Below, one piece after another: positions 16,922 to 25,972 of a stretch of DNA of 64,000 bases. The notes under the pieces were generated by a model, which saw nothing but the letters and a program-made list of their open reading frames with translations, made no database searches and was not told the DNA's origin. How positions within the stretch are numbered: the first letter of the stretch is position 1; each line of letters opens with the position of its first letter. Source of the stretch: Minisyncoccota bacterium (GTDB lineage: Bacteria; Patescibacteriota; Minisyncoccia; Phycocordibacterales; UBA9973). Location: NCBI GenBank assembly GCA_041661005.1, contig JBAZVG010000001.1, positions 607,515 through 671,514 of the forward strand. The letters are read 5' to 3'. The translations under genes and the position numbers were made by a program.

Positions 16922-18631
16922 TCATTTCCGCACTCCATGTTTGGTATGTAACTTTTCCACCTCTTTTTCTTCGAGCTCTTCTTTTTTTTCTTTTCCTTTA
17001 TCCCCAAGCGCTTTGAGCTCTTTGTCACTGAGTTTGTCAAAAGATTTCACTAATTCAGACAATTTTTCTACTGTATTTTTCTCTGGATTATCTAAAACTT
17101 CTTCTAGTAAAGCATGCAAGATCCACCCCATTCTGGGTCCCGGCTTGATTCCAAGCTCTTTTATCATGAATTCCCCATTGATTTTCAGCTGTCCGACAGA
17201 AATAGGGTCTCGAAGCGCCTCTTCAATCATTGCAAAATACTTGCGCAAGCGATATGGCGCTTCTTTTTTCTTCATTCCTACCCTGTCGCACTCACGGACA
17301 TTCATCAAAAGCCAAATATTATCCACGCCGACTTTTGTAATAATCCTACGCACAGCAGAAAGTGTGATTAATTCTGTATCTGAAAAAAACATATGGTTGC
17401 GAACAAGTTTTTCCACAAGATCAATTTCTTTTTTGGGAAATTTCAATCTCTCCATTATTTTTTTTACCATTCGCGCGCCGACAACTTCATGGCCGTAGAA
17501 AGTATATTTTTTCTTTGAAGCCTGCCTCGACAAAAATTCTGGGAGCCGTATCGGTCCCCTGTCCTCTTGACTCCAAGGGCGAAGGCGGGAGAATTTTTCG
17601 GTCGGGGCAGGCGAAAAAATTCGTCTTGTTTTCGGCTTGCCGATATCGTGAAAAAGCGCAGAAAGCCTTATTTCTAAAGGCCAATTCTTGTCTGCGGCAT
17701 GTTGTAGGGCATGAAGCAAATGATCCCAAACATCATAAATATGCTCGCCTAATTGTTCACACCTTATCCCCTCTTCTAATTCCGGAATTATATTTTTTAA
17801 CAATCCAAATTTTTGCAACATTAAAATTCCACTCGCAGGATTTTTAGACATTATTATTTTTACAAACTCATCACGAATTCTTTCCTCAGATATTTTTTTT
17901 ATTAAATCAGAATTTTTTAAAATACTTTCTGTTGTGAGATATGACACAGAAAAATCAAGTTGACAAGCAAAGCGAACAGCGCGCAACATTCGCAGAGCAT
18001 CTTCTTGAAATCTTTCATCCGGCTCCCCTACTGCTCTTAATGTTTTACTCTCAATGTCCTTTATACCACCAAACAGGTCAATAACATGTCCGTTATCTTG
18101 TCCTTGATGCCTGCCCGCCGTAGATTTAGCGGAGGCGGGTCCTTTATCTATCCGAAGAGCTAGAGCATTGACCGTGAAATCACGTCTCTTAAGGTCATCT
18201 TCTAGTCTAGTACTGAATCTAATTTCATCGGGGTGTCGGAAGTCGCTATATTTTGCTTCAATTCTATATGGTGTAACTTCAATAATGCTATATTCTGATG
18301 TTGTTTCACGAATAACGTCACCCGGAGATGTTTCTCGTGAAACATCCGTCTTGTTTGTTTCACGCGGAACGTCCTGAGTATGCCCGAAAGATGAAACGCA
18401 TACACCAACAGTACCAAAGGTATTTTCATAGATAGTCTTTTTAAAAAGACCCATAATCTGATCTGGTTTAGCGTTTGTTGTAACATCCCAATCGTTCGGT
18501 TTTCTAGACATTATAAGATCACGAACACAACCACCAACTAGATATGCTTCAAAACCAGCTTTTTCAAGCACACTAGTTACATGTGAAACTTCTTTAGGTA
18601 TCTTTTCGATGATATTTTTAAGATTAGTCAT
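16922..18631 (-). CDS. cca: CCA tRNA nucleotidyltransferase / poly(A) polymerase family with HD domain
   Basis: GGCVRDLIM...DWDV head domain and a C-terminal HD domain; contains an in-frame repeat insertion (see 18297-18380). Confidence 0.85.
   Translation of the reverse strand: MTNLKNIIEKIPKEVSHVTSVLEKAGFEAYLVGGCVRDLIMSRKPNDWDVTTNAKPDQIMGLFKKTIYENTFGTVGVCVSSFGHTQDVPRETNKTDVSRETSPGDVIRETTSEYSIIEVTPYRIEAKYSDFRHPDEIRFSTRLEDDLKRRDFTVNALALRIDKGPASAKSTAGRHQGQDNGHVIDLFGGIKDIESKTLRAVGEPDERFQEDALRMLRAVRFACQLDFSVSYLTTESILKNSDLIKKISEERIRDEFVKIIMSKNPASGILMLQKFGLLKNIIPELEEGIRCEQLGEHIYDVWDHLLHALQHAADKNWPLEIRLSALFHDIGKPKTRRIFSPAPTEKFSRLRPWSQEDRGPIRLPEFLSRQASKKKYTFYGHEVVGARMVKKIMERLKFPKKEIDLVEKLVRNHMFFSDTELITLSAVRRIITKVGVDNIWLLMNVRECDRVGMKKKEAPYRLRKYFAMIEEALRDPISVGQLKINGEFMIKELGIKPGPRMGWILHALLEEVLDNPEKNTVEKLSELVKSFDKLSDKELKALGDKGKEKKEELEEKEVEKLHTKHGVRK
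18297..18380. repeat. GTTTCACG / CGTGAAAC palindromic repeat family 5, three tandem units in frame in cca (encodes VPRET...VSRET...VIRET)
   Basis: tgtttcacg x2 plus palindrome gatgtttctcgtgaaacatc; the same core recurs at 19163-19190 and 19381-19400. Confidence 0.5.
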
Positions 18632-18641
18632 TCAATTTTTG

Positions 18642-18715
18642 TGCACCCGGGGGGAGTCGAACCCTCAACGACCGCTTCGAAGGCGGGTATGATATCCATT
18701 TCACTACGGGTGCAA
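18642..18715 (-). tRNA. tRNA, probably Arg (anticodon TCG), non-canonical
   Basis: Cloverleaf with acceptor GCACCCG/CGGGTGC, T-loop TTCGACT, anticodon loop CTTCGAA; one mismatch each in the anticodon stem (27:43 C.T) and the T stem; no encoded CCA. Confidence 0.5.
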
Positions 18716-18894
18716 AATTATTTAATAATCAGTTAATTATACACTAATTCGAAAAATCCACAAATAACTCTTATTTTACAAGCCAATTAAGGAATTGCTT
18801 TAGTTCAAAAAAAATATTATAATCAAAGCACATTTTTATTTTAGGAAAAGAATTTAAAATGTTTTTATTGTTCCTTGTTACATAAATAAATTTT

Positions 18895-18965
18895 GCGGTC
18901 ATCGATTAATGGTAGGTCAGGACATTGCCAATGTTCAGGTTGGAGTTCGATTCTCCATGGCCGCA
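18895..18965 (+). tRNA. tRNA-Gly (GCC)
   Basis: Acceptor GCGGTCA/TGGCCGC, anticodon stem GGACA/TGTTC with loop TTGCCAA, T arm TGGAG-TTCGATT-CTCCA. Confidence 0.7.
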
Positions 18966-19162
18966 CAAAGTGATGTCCTTTATAAATTTTCGGTGATATC
19001 TTGAAAAATAAGCTTTTATTCTAAACTGTGGATAACTATGTTGGTAATGTTTATAAAGGACACATTCAGAGTTTGTCTTTAAAGTACTTTTTTGACTAAA
19101 ATACGTTGCAAAATAAGGATACCCGCCTTGCCGTCGAGGCAGGTTTCAATAAAAGACACTAA

Positions 19163-19190
19163 ATTTCAAGTATTTGTTTCACGTGAAACA
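19163..19190. repeat. perfect 28-bp palindrome tatttgtttcacgtgaaacaaata (family 5 core) just upstream of yraN
   Basis: Seen directly. Confidence 0.45.
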
Positions 19191-19203
19191 AATACAATAA
19201 TAA

Positions 19204-19629
19204 ATGCCAAAAGTATTTACCTCAGAAACACAAAAGATAGGAGAAATAGGTGAAAATATAGCCGTAAAGTTTCTCATGAAACGTGGTTTTTCTATACTGG
19301 ATCGTAATTACACGAAGAAATGGGGAGAAATAGACATAATAGCCGAGAAATCAAATAAACTCTATTTCATCGAGGTTAAGAGTGTTTCTCGTGAAACACT
19401 AAATACTTTTATTCCAAAATCTTTTAGTGACTCTGATGAAAGATATGAACATAGACCAGAAGATAACATGCATCCGTGGAAATTAAAAAGAATGGCGCGA
19501 ACAATCCAAACTTATATTTTATCTAAAAATCTAGATGAAAGAGAATGGCAAGTAGATTTGTTGGTTGTTTATTTATGTAAAAAAGAAAAGATGGCAAGAG
19601 TAAAAGTAGTAAGTGATATTATTTTATAA
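19204..19629 (+). CDS. yraN: YraN-family (UPF0102) endonuclease-like protein
   Basis: GEIGENIAVKFLMKRGFSILDRNYTKKWGEIDIIAEKSNKLYFIEVKS matches the YraN core; contains a family-5 palindrome at 19381-19400. Confidence 0.7.
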   Translation: MPKVFTSETQKIGEIGENIAVKFLMKRGFSILDRNYTKKWGEIDIIAEKSNKLYFIEVKSVSRETLNTFIPKSFSDSDERYEHRPEDNMHPWKLKRMARTIQTYILSKNLDEREWQVDLLVVYLCKKEKMARVKVVSDIIL

Positions 19630-19651
19630 AGACATTTTTAGCGATAATTTG

Positions 19652-19725
19652 TGGTGCGGGATAGGAGAATCGAACTCCTGTCCACAGTTTGGAAAACTGT
19701 TATTTTACCATTAAACTAATCCCGC
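19652..19725 (-). tRNA. tRNA-Gly (TCC) with encoded CCA
   Basis: GCGGGAT...anticodon loop TTCCAAA...GGAGTTCGATTCTCC...ATCCCGCACCA. Confidence 0.85.
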
Positions 19726-19729
19726 AATG

Positions 19730-19800
19730 TCGGGCCGCTGGGAATTGAACCCAGTCTAAATGCTCCCAAAGCACTTGTACTACCGGTATACTACGGCCCG
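19730..19800 (-). tRNA. tRNA-Pro (TGG)
   Basis: CGGGCCG acceptor, anticodon loop TTTGGGA (G37), T arm CTGGG-TTCAATT-CCCAG. Confidence 0.8.
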
Positions 19801-19901
19801 TAATTTCTTTAACTGTGCCAGTTTAACACAAAAATTTTTTAAATTCTACCTAATTCAATTCTCCTAAAAACTATTTTTATACAGTCTATTTCTCTTTCGT
19901 C

Positions 19902-21170
19902 CTATTTAGCCCAACTCCAATCAGCTCCAGGATTTTTAGCGCCGAAAATTTCAAAGTGAATGTGGGGGCCAGTTGATTTGCCCGTAGAACCCACAAGACC
20001 GACAACATCTCCTCGGTCAACTTGTGCGCCAGTGTGAGTTATGACTTTGCTCATGTGAGCATACAAGGTTTTTGTGCCGTTTGAATGTTGAATTATCACC
20101 ATATTTCCATAACCTCCACCACAACGTGTCTGACCAACCTTACAGCCTGTCTTGACTGCTGTTACGATTCCTGGAGCAGATGCATAAATATTGGTACCAG
20201 TTGGAGCTCCAATATCTATACCTCTTCTGCCCGGACCATGAAGACCTTGAGTTTTGTGGCCAGTTGGAAGGGGATTAATAAAATATCCTATTATATTTTT
20301 CAATGAGCTAGTAGCATAGTAGTTTTTATCCTTGATTTCATTAGCTTTTAGGTTTGGCGATGGAATATCACCTCCTTCATCGGCCATATTGCCATTTGGA
20401 ATCATCAGTTTGTCTCCGATTGCAAGTTTGGTGGCTTCGTTGATGTCGTTGTAAAAAGTAATATCGTCCACATCCACCTTATACAATTTGGCTATGCTCT
20501 GTATTGTCTGCCCCTTAGTAACCGTATGTTCAATACCAGAAATGGGTAAGATGAAGAGCACATCACCCTCGATAATCTTGTCGCTTTTCTTCATATCGTT
20601 GGCCCAGAGGATGGTATTCACTGAAACTTCGAACATATCGGCTATGGCGGATATGGAATCTCCTTTTCTTACAACATAAACACTGGTTTCCATGGCAGAA
20701 GGATCCACAACATCTTTTCCACTGTAGACTCCCATGGGGCCGGTGGCTGGTAAAAGAGCATTGTTAGAGACAATGTTATCTGCGTTATCTACATCAACAA
20801 TGCCTCCTTTGTCTTTTTGGCTAACATCTTTTAATTTTTTATCTTCATAGACTGAAGCAGAAGAGATATTGGCCTGAAGAAGCGCTATGGTTCCAGAAGT
20901 TTGACTAAACTGAGTCGGATCAACAGTTGCCGTCTTCGCGCTGGCATTGTCACCCAAGATTGAAGACAAAAACCCGGCTTGAGCTCTTGTAGGCATAGAG
21001 GGCAACAAAACAACCCCAAACAATAGGGTAAGAGCGAAAATAGAGCTGTATATTTTAAATGAGTGTTTTATAAAACAAACGAATATCGTAAGAGTTCCTT
21101 CCCAGCCCTCGATTAAACATTGTAAAATAAGGGTGGAATTACAGGACGACCAGAATAGTACTGCAAACAA
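19902..21170 (-). CDS. LysM-domain M23 peptidase (secreted cell-wall hydrolase)
   Basis: Two LysM repeats and a C-terminal M23 domain (HxxxD, HIHFE); TTG start at 21170; hydrophobic signal-like segment. Confidence 0.85.
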   Translation of the reverse strand: MFAVLFWSSCNSTLILQCLIEGWEGTLTIFVCFIKHSFKIYSSIFALTLLFGVVLLPSMPTRAQAGFLSSILGDNASAKTATVDPTQFSQTSGTIALLQANISSASVYEDKKLKDVSQKDKGGIVDVDNADNIVSNNALLPATGPMGVYSGKDVVDPSAMETSVYVVRKGDSISAIADMFEVSVNTILWANDMKKSDKIIEGDVLFILPISGIEHTVTKGQTIQSIAKLYKVDVDDITFYNDINEATKLAIGDKLMIPNGNMADEGGDIPSPNLKANEIKDKNYYATSSLKNIIGYFINPLPTGHKTQGLHGPGRRGIDIGAPTGTNIYASAPGIVTAVKTGCKVGQTRCGGGYGNMVIIQHSNGTKTLYAHMSKVITHTGAQVDRGDVVGLVGSTGKSTGPHIHFEIFGAKNPGADWSWAK

Positions 21171-21307
21171 AAGGTTCTCACGATGGTTACTATCACTTCT
21201 AGCTTTCGGTCAATTTATGCCATGCCTCTCTTCAGAACTATACCTTCAAAGTACCTCAAAAAAATACTAAAGTCAACGATGGTGTGGATAACTTTAGAAA
21301 CTAAAGT

Positions 21308-23527
21308 TTGTGTTATATTTCAAGTGTGACCACAGACACACAACATTTTTTTGGACTAAACAATAAACAAAAAGAAGCGGCGATGCACATAAGCGGTCCG
21401 CTTCTTATTATTGCAGGGGCGGGTGCGGGAAAAACTAAAACAATAACGCATAGAATTGTGAATTTGATAAAAAACGGAGTCGCCCCAGAGAGAATTTTAG
21501 CGGTTACGTTCACAAATAAAGCAGCAAAGGAAATGCGGGAACGGATTATCGCTGAAATTAAGAAAAATTCCCACGAAGCAGGGGGCCAAGAAAAAACCCC
21601 ATTCGTCAGCACGTTTCATTCATTGGGGGTCTATATCATAAAAGAAAATGCCAGATTGCTGGGATTAACCAAGCACTTTACGATTCTAGATGAAGGAGAC
21701 GCGACATCACTCATAAAAGAAATACTAAAGGAGTTAGGAATAGATCCGAAACAATATGATCCAAAAAAAATAAAAAATATAATATCTCGCGAAAAAGGAA
21801 AATTCACACATTTGTCAGACTATGCAGAGAGGGAAAGGGGAACATATGGTTTGATGGTAACGCAAGTTTGGGGTTTATATGAAAAACAAAAAATGAAAGA
21901 AAATTCGCTAGACTTCGATGATCTGCTTTTAAAGGCGACGAAATTGTTAAAGGACAATCTGGAAATAAGGAAAATTTATCAGGAGAAATGGGAATATATT
22001 CATATCGATGAATATCAAGACACAAATGAGGTGCAGTATTTGATGTCTAAAATGTTAGCGGAAAATAATGAAAATATCTGCGTAGTTGGAGACGCAGACC
22101 AAAACATCTACTCCTGGCGCGGAGCAAATTTGAAAAACATTTTAAGTTTCGAGAAAGATTATCCGAGTACAAAGATAGTTTTATTAGAAGAGAATTACAG
22201 ATCAACTCAAAACATCTTGGAGGCGGCCAATGTGGTAATTAAAAAAAACAAATACAGGCCAGACAAGAATTTATTCACAAAAAACAAAACTGGCGAAAAA
22301 ATAGGCCTATATGAAGCACTCGATGAAAGCGATGAGTCTGATTTTGTCGCGACAAAAATTCTAGAGATTTTAGATGGCTCGCCTGCGAGAGAAATATCCT
22401 CGGACTCACCACGAAAATTTTCTGCTGAAAATTTTCTCTGTCCGTCGTCGCCACTCCTACCAAGGGTTCCCTCGAGGACATTTCTCTCTTCGGCTGATAA
22501 CGCAGTAAGTTTCCTTGAGCGGGGTGTCTCGCAGGCTGACGAGCCGAGAGGCAGCGCTCCGCGAGCGCGCGGAGACAGCGACCCCGCTGAGACAGCACCT
22601 GCTCCCTTGTCCGAAATCGCTATATTATATCGCGCTAATTTTCAGTCGCGGGCGCTAGAAGAAGCAATGCTGAAATACAATATCCCATATCAAGTTTTGG
22701 GCGTTAAATTTTTCGAAAGACGTGAAATAAAAGACACCTTGGCATATCTTCGCGCAGCGCTAAACCCCGACAGTTTGTCGGACATAAAACGAATAATTAA
22801 TTTCCCTGCGCGAGGTATCGGCAAGGTTACTTTGGCTAAAATTTTTGCCGGACAAAAAGAAAACTTGCCAATTAAGGTAAAAATTAAAATAAATAATTTT
22901 TATAAAATATTAGAAGAAATAAAAGAAAAAATAGAAAGCGAAAAAGCAAGCAAAGCGATAAAATTTGTAGTAAAAAGGTCAGGCATCGAGACAGAACTCT
23001 CATCTGGCACCGAAGAAGATATGGAGAGGTTTGAAAACATAAAAGAACTCGCCACACTAGCGCTAAAATATGATAATCTGGAGAATGGTCTTGGTGTAGA
23101 AAAGCTTTTAGAAGACGCCTCACTCGCGTCAGATCAAGATTCACTGATTATCAGCGAACCCGCCTCCACCAAAGGCTTCGGCGAGGCAAAGGAAAAAAAG
23201 AAAGGAGAAAACTCTGTGAAATTAATGACCGTGCATGCTTCAAAAGGATTGGAGTTTAAGTATGTCTTTGTTGCCGGATTAGAGGATGGACTTTTCCCCA
23301 ACCAAAGACGCAACGAAGAAGTGGATAAGGATAGTGAAGAAGAGCGTAGACTTTTTTATGTGGCGATCACTCGCGCTAAAGAAAAATTATTCTTATCGTT
23401 CGCGAATTTCCGCACCATCTTCGGAGCGCGCAACATCAACGCTCCATCAGAATTTATATCGGACATACCAGCAGATTTATTGGAAAAAGAGGGAGAAAAA
23501 GATAGAATAAAGACAATTTATATATGA
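21308..23527 (+). CDS. uvrD: ATP-dependent DNA helicase UvrD/PcrA family
   Basis: LNNKQKEAAMHISGPLLIIAGAGAGKT (motifs Q/I); motifs through VI present; carries a ~220-bp in-frame repeat insertion; TTG start. Confidence 0.88.
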   Translation: MCYISSVTTDTQHFFGLNNKQKEAAMHISGPLLIIAGAGAGKTKTITHRIVNLIKNGVAPERILAVTFTNKAAKEMRERIIAEIKKNSHEAGGQEKTPFVSTFHSLGVYIIKENARLLGLTKHFTILDEGDATSLIKEILKELGIDPKQYDPKKIKNIISREKGKFTHLSDYAERERGTYGLMVTQVWGLYEKQKMKENSLDFDDLLLKATKLLKDNLEIRKIYQEKWEYIHIDEYQDTNEVQYLMSKMLAENNENICVVGDADQNIYSWRGANLKNILSFEKDYPSTKIVLLEENYRSTQNILEAANVVIKKNKYRPDKNLFTKNKTGEKIGLYEALDESDESDFVATKILEILDGSPAREISSDSPRKFSAENFLCPSSPLLPRVPSRTFLSSADNAVSFLERGVSQADEPRGSAPRARGDSDPAETAPAPLSEIAILYRANFQSRALEEAMLKYNIPYQVLGVKFFERREIKDTLAYLRAALNPDSLSDIKRIINFPARGIGKVTLAKIFAGQKENLPIKVKIKINNFYKILEEIKEKIESEKASKAIKFVVKRSGIETELSSGTEEDMERFENIKELATLALKYDNLENGLGVEKLLEDASLASDQDSLIISEPASTKGFGEAKEKKKGENSVKLMTVHASKGLEFKYVFVAGLEDGLFPNQRRNEEVDKDSEEERRLFYVAITRAKEKLFLSFANFRTIFGARNINAPSEFISDIPADLLEKEGEKDRIKTIYI
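22389..22486. repeat. TIR-bounded repeat family 2 (reverse orientation) inserted in frame in uvrD
   Basis: Termini gagaaatatcctcggac ... gtcctcgaggacatttctc; core gacggacagagaaaattttcagcagaaaattttcgtggtgagtccgag shared with 24020-24133 and 56167-56256. Confidence 0.7.
22521..22585. repeat. palindromic repeat family 3 (GGGGTGTCTCGCAGGCTGACGAGCCGAG...GGAGACAGCGACCCC) in frame in uvrD
   Basis: Shared with 62263-62327 and 62690-62754 (reverse); inner stem ctccgcg/cgcggag. Confidence 0.7.
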
Positions 23528-23538
23528 AACTCTTTCTT

Positions 23539-23631
23539 GGCATACTTTTTATAAAGCAATCTATCTCCGCAAGCTTGCGGAGCGAACTGCTCGGCTCGTC
23601 AGCCTGCGCAAGGCTTTCTAAAAAGTACGCC
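23539..23631 (+). repeat. intergenic TIR/hairpin repeat family 1, copy C
   Basis: Starts 12 nt after the uvrD stop; central hairpin ctccgcaagcttgcggag. Confidence 0.7.
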
Positions 23632-23656
23632 TGCAACGAATTTCATAATTAAAAAT

Positions 23657-24727
23657 ATGATATATAAAGCTAAAAAATCGTTAGGACTAAAAAACGAACA
23701 CGTTTTCGTCCGAGCCAAAAAGGCTTTAGGACAAAATTTCCTGAAATCGGAAATGGCCTTGCGAAAAATTATTGAAGCGGGAGAAATAAAAAAAGATGAC
23801 ATAATCCTTGAAATAGGTCCGGGCAGGGGAGCGCTAACAAAAAAGCTTTTGGAAAAAGTTTACCCCGCCACGGCGGGGCAAGGATTTGTGATAGCAGTAG
23901 AAAAAGATTATGAACTTTTTGAATTTTTAAAAAATAAATTTGAAAGTGAAATAAAATTAGGTTCTCTCGTGCTGGTGCAAGATGACATACTGGATTTTGA
24001 TATAACAAAAGTTGGGCAAAATATTCTCGAGCGAACCCTTGGTAGCAGAAAATGTGCTGGGGGCACATTTCTGAGAGACGACGGACAGAGAAAATTTTCA
24101 GCAGAAAATTTTCGTGGTGAGTCCGAGAATATTTTGCCCAATTTAAAACGCTACAAAATAATCGCCAACATCCCTTACAACATCACCGGCGCGATTTTGA
24201 AAAAATTTTTGACAGACAAACATCAGCCCGAAAGCATGGTGCTGATGGTGCAACATGAAGTTGCGACAAGAATACTCGGAAGGGGAAGCAACCCTTCGAC
24301 TCCGCTCAGGGTAAAAGAAAGCATACTTTCCATTTCGGTCAAAGCATACGGAGCTCCAAAAATGATTGCGAAGGTTGATAAAAGATATTTTTCACCAATG
24401 CCAAAGGTAAATTCAGCGATTATTTCCATAAAAAATATTTCACGCAAGAATTTTAATTCTCCTCTTGAGGAGTACTCCGACTTGGAGTCGGAGGGAGGTG
24501 GACCGAATTTATCCACCCCGTCTCGCCAGCGAGCCACCCCTCAAGAGGGGAATTTTGAAGAAAAATTTTGGGAAATAGTTAAGGCAGGCTTTGCGCACAA
24601 GCGAAAAAAGCTTTCTAGCAACCTGAAAAACATTTGTCAAAGGGCATCTTTGACAAGTTTGGGGAATAAAAGAGCGGAAGATTTGTCGCTAAAGGATTGG
24701 ATTGAACTTGCGAAATCACAAAACTAG
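23657..24727 (+). CDS. rsmA: 16S rRNA (adenine1518/1519-N6)-dimethyltransferase RsmA/KsgA
   Basis: LGQNFL, EIGPGRGALT, NIPYNI motifs; lengthened to 356 aa by two in-frame repeat insertions. Confidence 0.85.
   Translation: MIYKAKKSLGLKNEHVFVRAKKALGQNFLKSEMALRKIIEAGEIKKDDIILEIGPGRGALTKKLLEKVYPATAGQGFVIAVEKDYELFEFLKNKFESEIKLGSLVLVQDDILDFDITKVGQNILERTLGSRKCAGGTFLRDDGQRKFSAENFRGESENILPNLKRYKIIANIPYNITGAILKKFLTDKHQPESMVLMVQHEVATRILGRGSNPSTPLRVKESILSISVKAYGAPKMIAKVDKRYFSPMPKVNSAIISIKNISRKNFNSPLEEYSDLESEGGGPNLSTPSRQRATPQEGNFEEKFWEIVKAGFAHKRKKLSSNLKNICQRASLTSLGNKRAEDLSLKDWIELAKSQN
24020..24133. repeat. repeat family 2 copy in frame in rsmA (with an extra internal hairpin agaaatgtgc/gcacatttct)
   Basis: TIRs aatattctcgagc ... 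gtccgagaatatt. Confidence 0.7.
24461..24550. repeat. palindromic repeat family 4 (CCTCTTGAGG...CCTCAAGAGG) in frame in rsmA
   Basis: Shared with 31728-31802, 40784-40866 and 48989-49063; inner hairpin variant ctccgacttggagtcggag. Confidence 0.7.
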
Positions 24728-24755
24728 ACCTTCCAATTTTGTCGATTAATTACAA

Positions 24756-25757
24756 TTAGGTCGGAAGAAGAGGAGAAGAACCAACCATTGGGAGAATGGT
24801 GCCTTCGGTCTTTATGTTAACAATGCTATATGAACAAACACCGACTGGTTCATAGAATCCAAGTAGAGATTTGGAAGTAGGAGAAGCAATATTGTAACTT
24901 GCAAACCCTTGAGTTCCTTGATAATAACTGAGAAGTTTTACTCCCTTGGGAGGTAGGGGTAGCATAACTATCATAAAACTACCCATACAGGGAATAGCTA
25001 ATGCGTACGAACTACCAAATGCAAAAAACTCTGTTTGAGCTTGAGCGATAGAAGGAGTAATGCCCAACAAAGAAAGAGTTTTAGAAACAAATTTATCAAA
25101 AATAGCCAGAGGTGATTTAGGTTTAAAGTTGGTGCTTAATTTTGCTTCCTGCATGAGTAAATTTTCAAATTCTTGATTTAAGTCAACATCACTATTGGTA
25201 ACAACGTCCCTCACAGTGTCAGCCATGAGCTGGAGTTCCGTTTCCGAGGAACCATTTTTTCTATTTACTTCAACAATTGTTTCAATAGCTTGATCTAAAT
25301 TTGCAAGATTGGGGTTTACATTTTCTGTATTATTACTGTTAGTTGCTGAAACACTGTTTACAAGGGGAGCTGGCGCTAGAGGATTTGAATAACTATCGCA
25401 TTTAATACCAGTTATTGGACTGTATCCTGTTATTCCCTTACAACCTGTCGGATAATTACCTTTATCAACTAAAACACCATTGAGCGCCGAAAGAGTAAGA
25501 TGACCGACTATTCCATCAGCCACCAACCCATTATTTAACTGAAAAGCCTTGACTGCCACATTAGTTAAGGGTCCAAAACTGCCATCCGCAACCGCCCCTA
25601 CTTTTTTCTGAAGACATTTCACTTCAGCGCCCCTCGAACCCATCCTCAATGTGGTAACAATAATACAATCAACTGAAATCGGAGCTATCTCAACAGCAAG
25701 AATTGCTTGCGCAGAGGAGAAAAGAATAAAAAGAATAAATAAATAAAATAATCTCAT
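24756..25757 (-). CDS. secreted protein with peptidoglycan-binding (PG_binding_1) domain
   Basis: Signal peptide; LRMGSRGAEVKCLQKKVG...ADGSFGPLT...ADGIVGHLT. Confidence 0.6.
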   Translation of the reverse strand: MRLFYLFILFILFSSAQAILAVEIAPISVDCIIVTTLRMGSRGAEVKCLQKKVGAVADGSFGPLTNVAVKAFQLNNGLVADGIVGHLTLSALNGVLVDKGNYPTGCKGITGYSPITGIKCDSYSNPLAPAPLVNSVSATNSNNTENVNPNLANLDQAIETIVEVNRKNGSSETELQLMADTVRDVVTNSDVDLNQEFENLLMQEAKLSTNFKPKSPLAIFDKFVSKTLSLLGITPSIAQAQTEFFAFGSSYALAIPCMGSFMIVMLPLPPKGVKLLSYYQGTQGFASYNIASPTSKSLLGFYEPVGVCSYSIVNIKTEGTILPMVGSSPLLPT

Positions 25758-25972
25758 TAGAAATAATCATAACACAATCACAAAACTGAGCATAGGTCGC
25801 ATTGCACCAAAGTAAAACTAGTTTCTTTTTTGAAAAGTGTTACAATTAACTCATAATCAAAAAGTTTATTTTAAAAAATAAAAGAATATTTCTAATCGCC
25901 CTTGCGATACTTTTTCTGGTCGCGCTTTTTATCTTTAAAACAACTTCAATATTTGACAATACGGAAAGATAC

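Noticed and set aside
16881-17498. 205-aa Ser/Phe-rich plus-strand ORF
   Set aside because: Low-complexity antisense of cca; no independent support.
18280-19400. Possible CRISPR array from the repeated GTTTCACG units
   Set aside because: The units are short palindromes, irregularly spaced, partly inside coding frames, and without uniform spacers.
22275-22598. Antisense ORFs running through the repeat insertions (22275-22598 -, 23908-24141 -, 62476-62775 -, 62534-62884 -)
   Set aside because: They are created by the palindromic nature of repeat families 2 and 3 and lie entirely antisense to well-supported uvrD, rsmA and uvrB frames.
10490-23640. Family-1 repeats as CRISPR repeats or tRNA-derived SINEs
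   Set aside because: The copies are tens of kb apart, have terminal inverted repeats and no tRNA-like structure, and sit singly behind stop codons.
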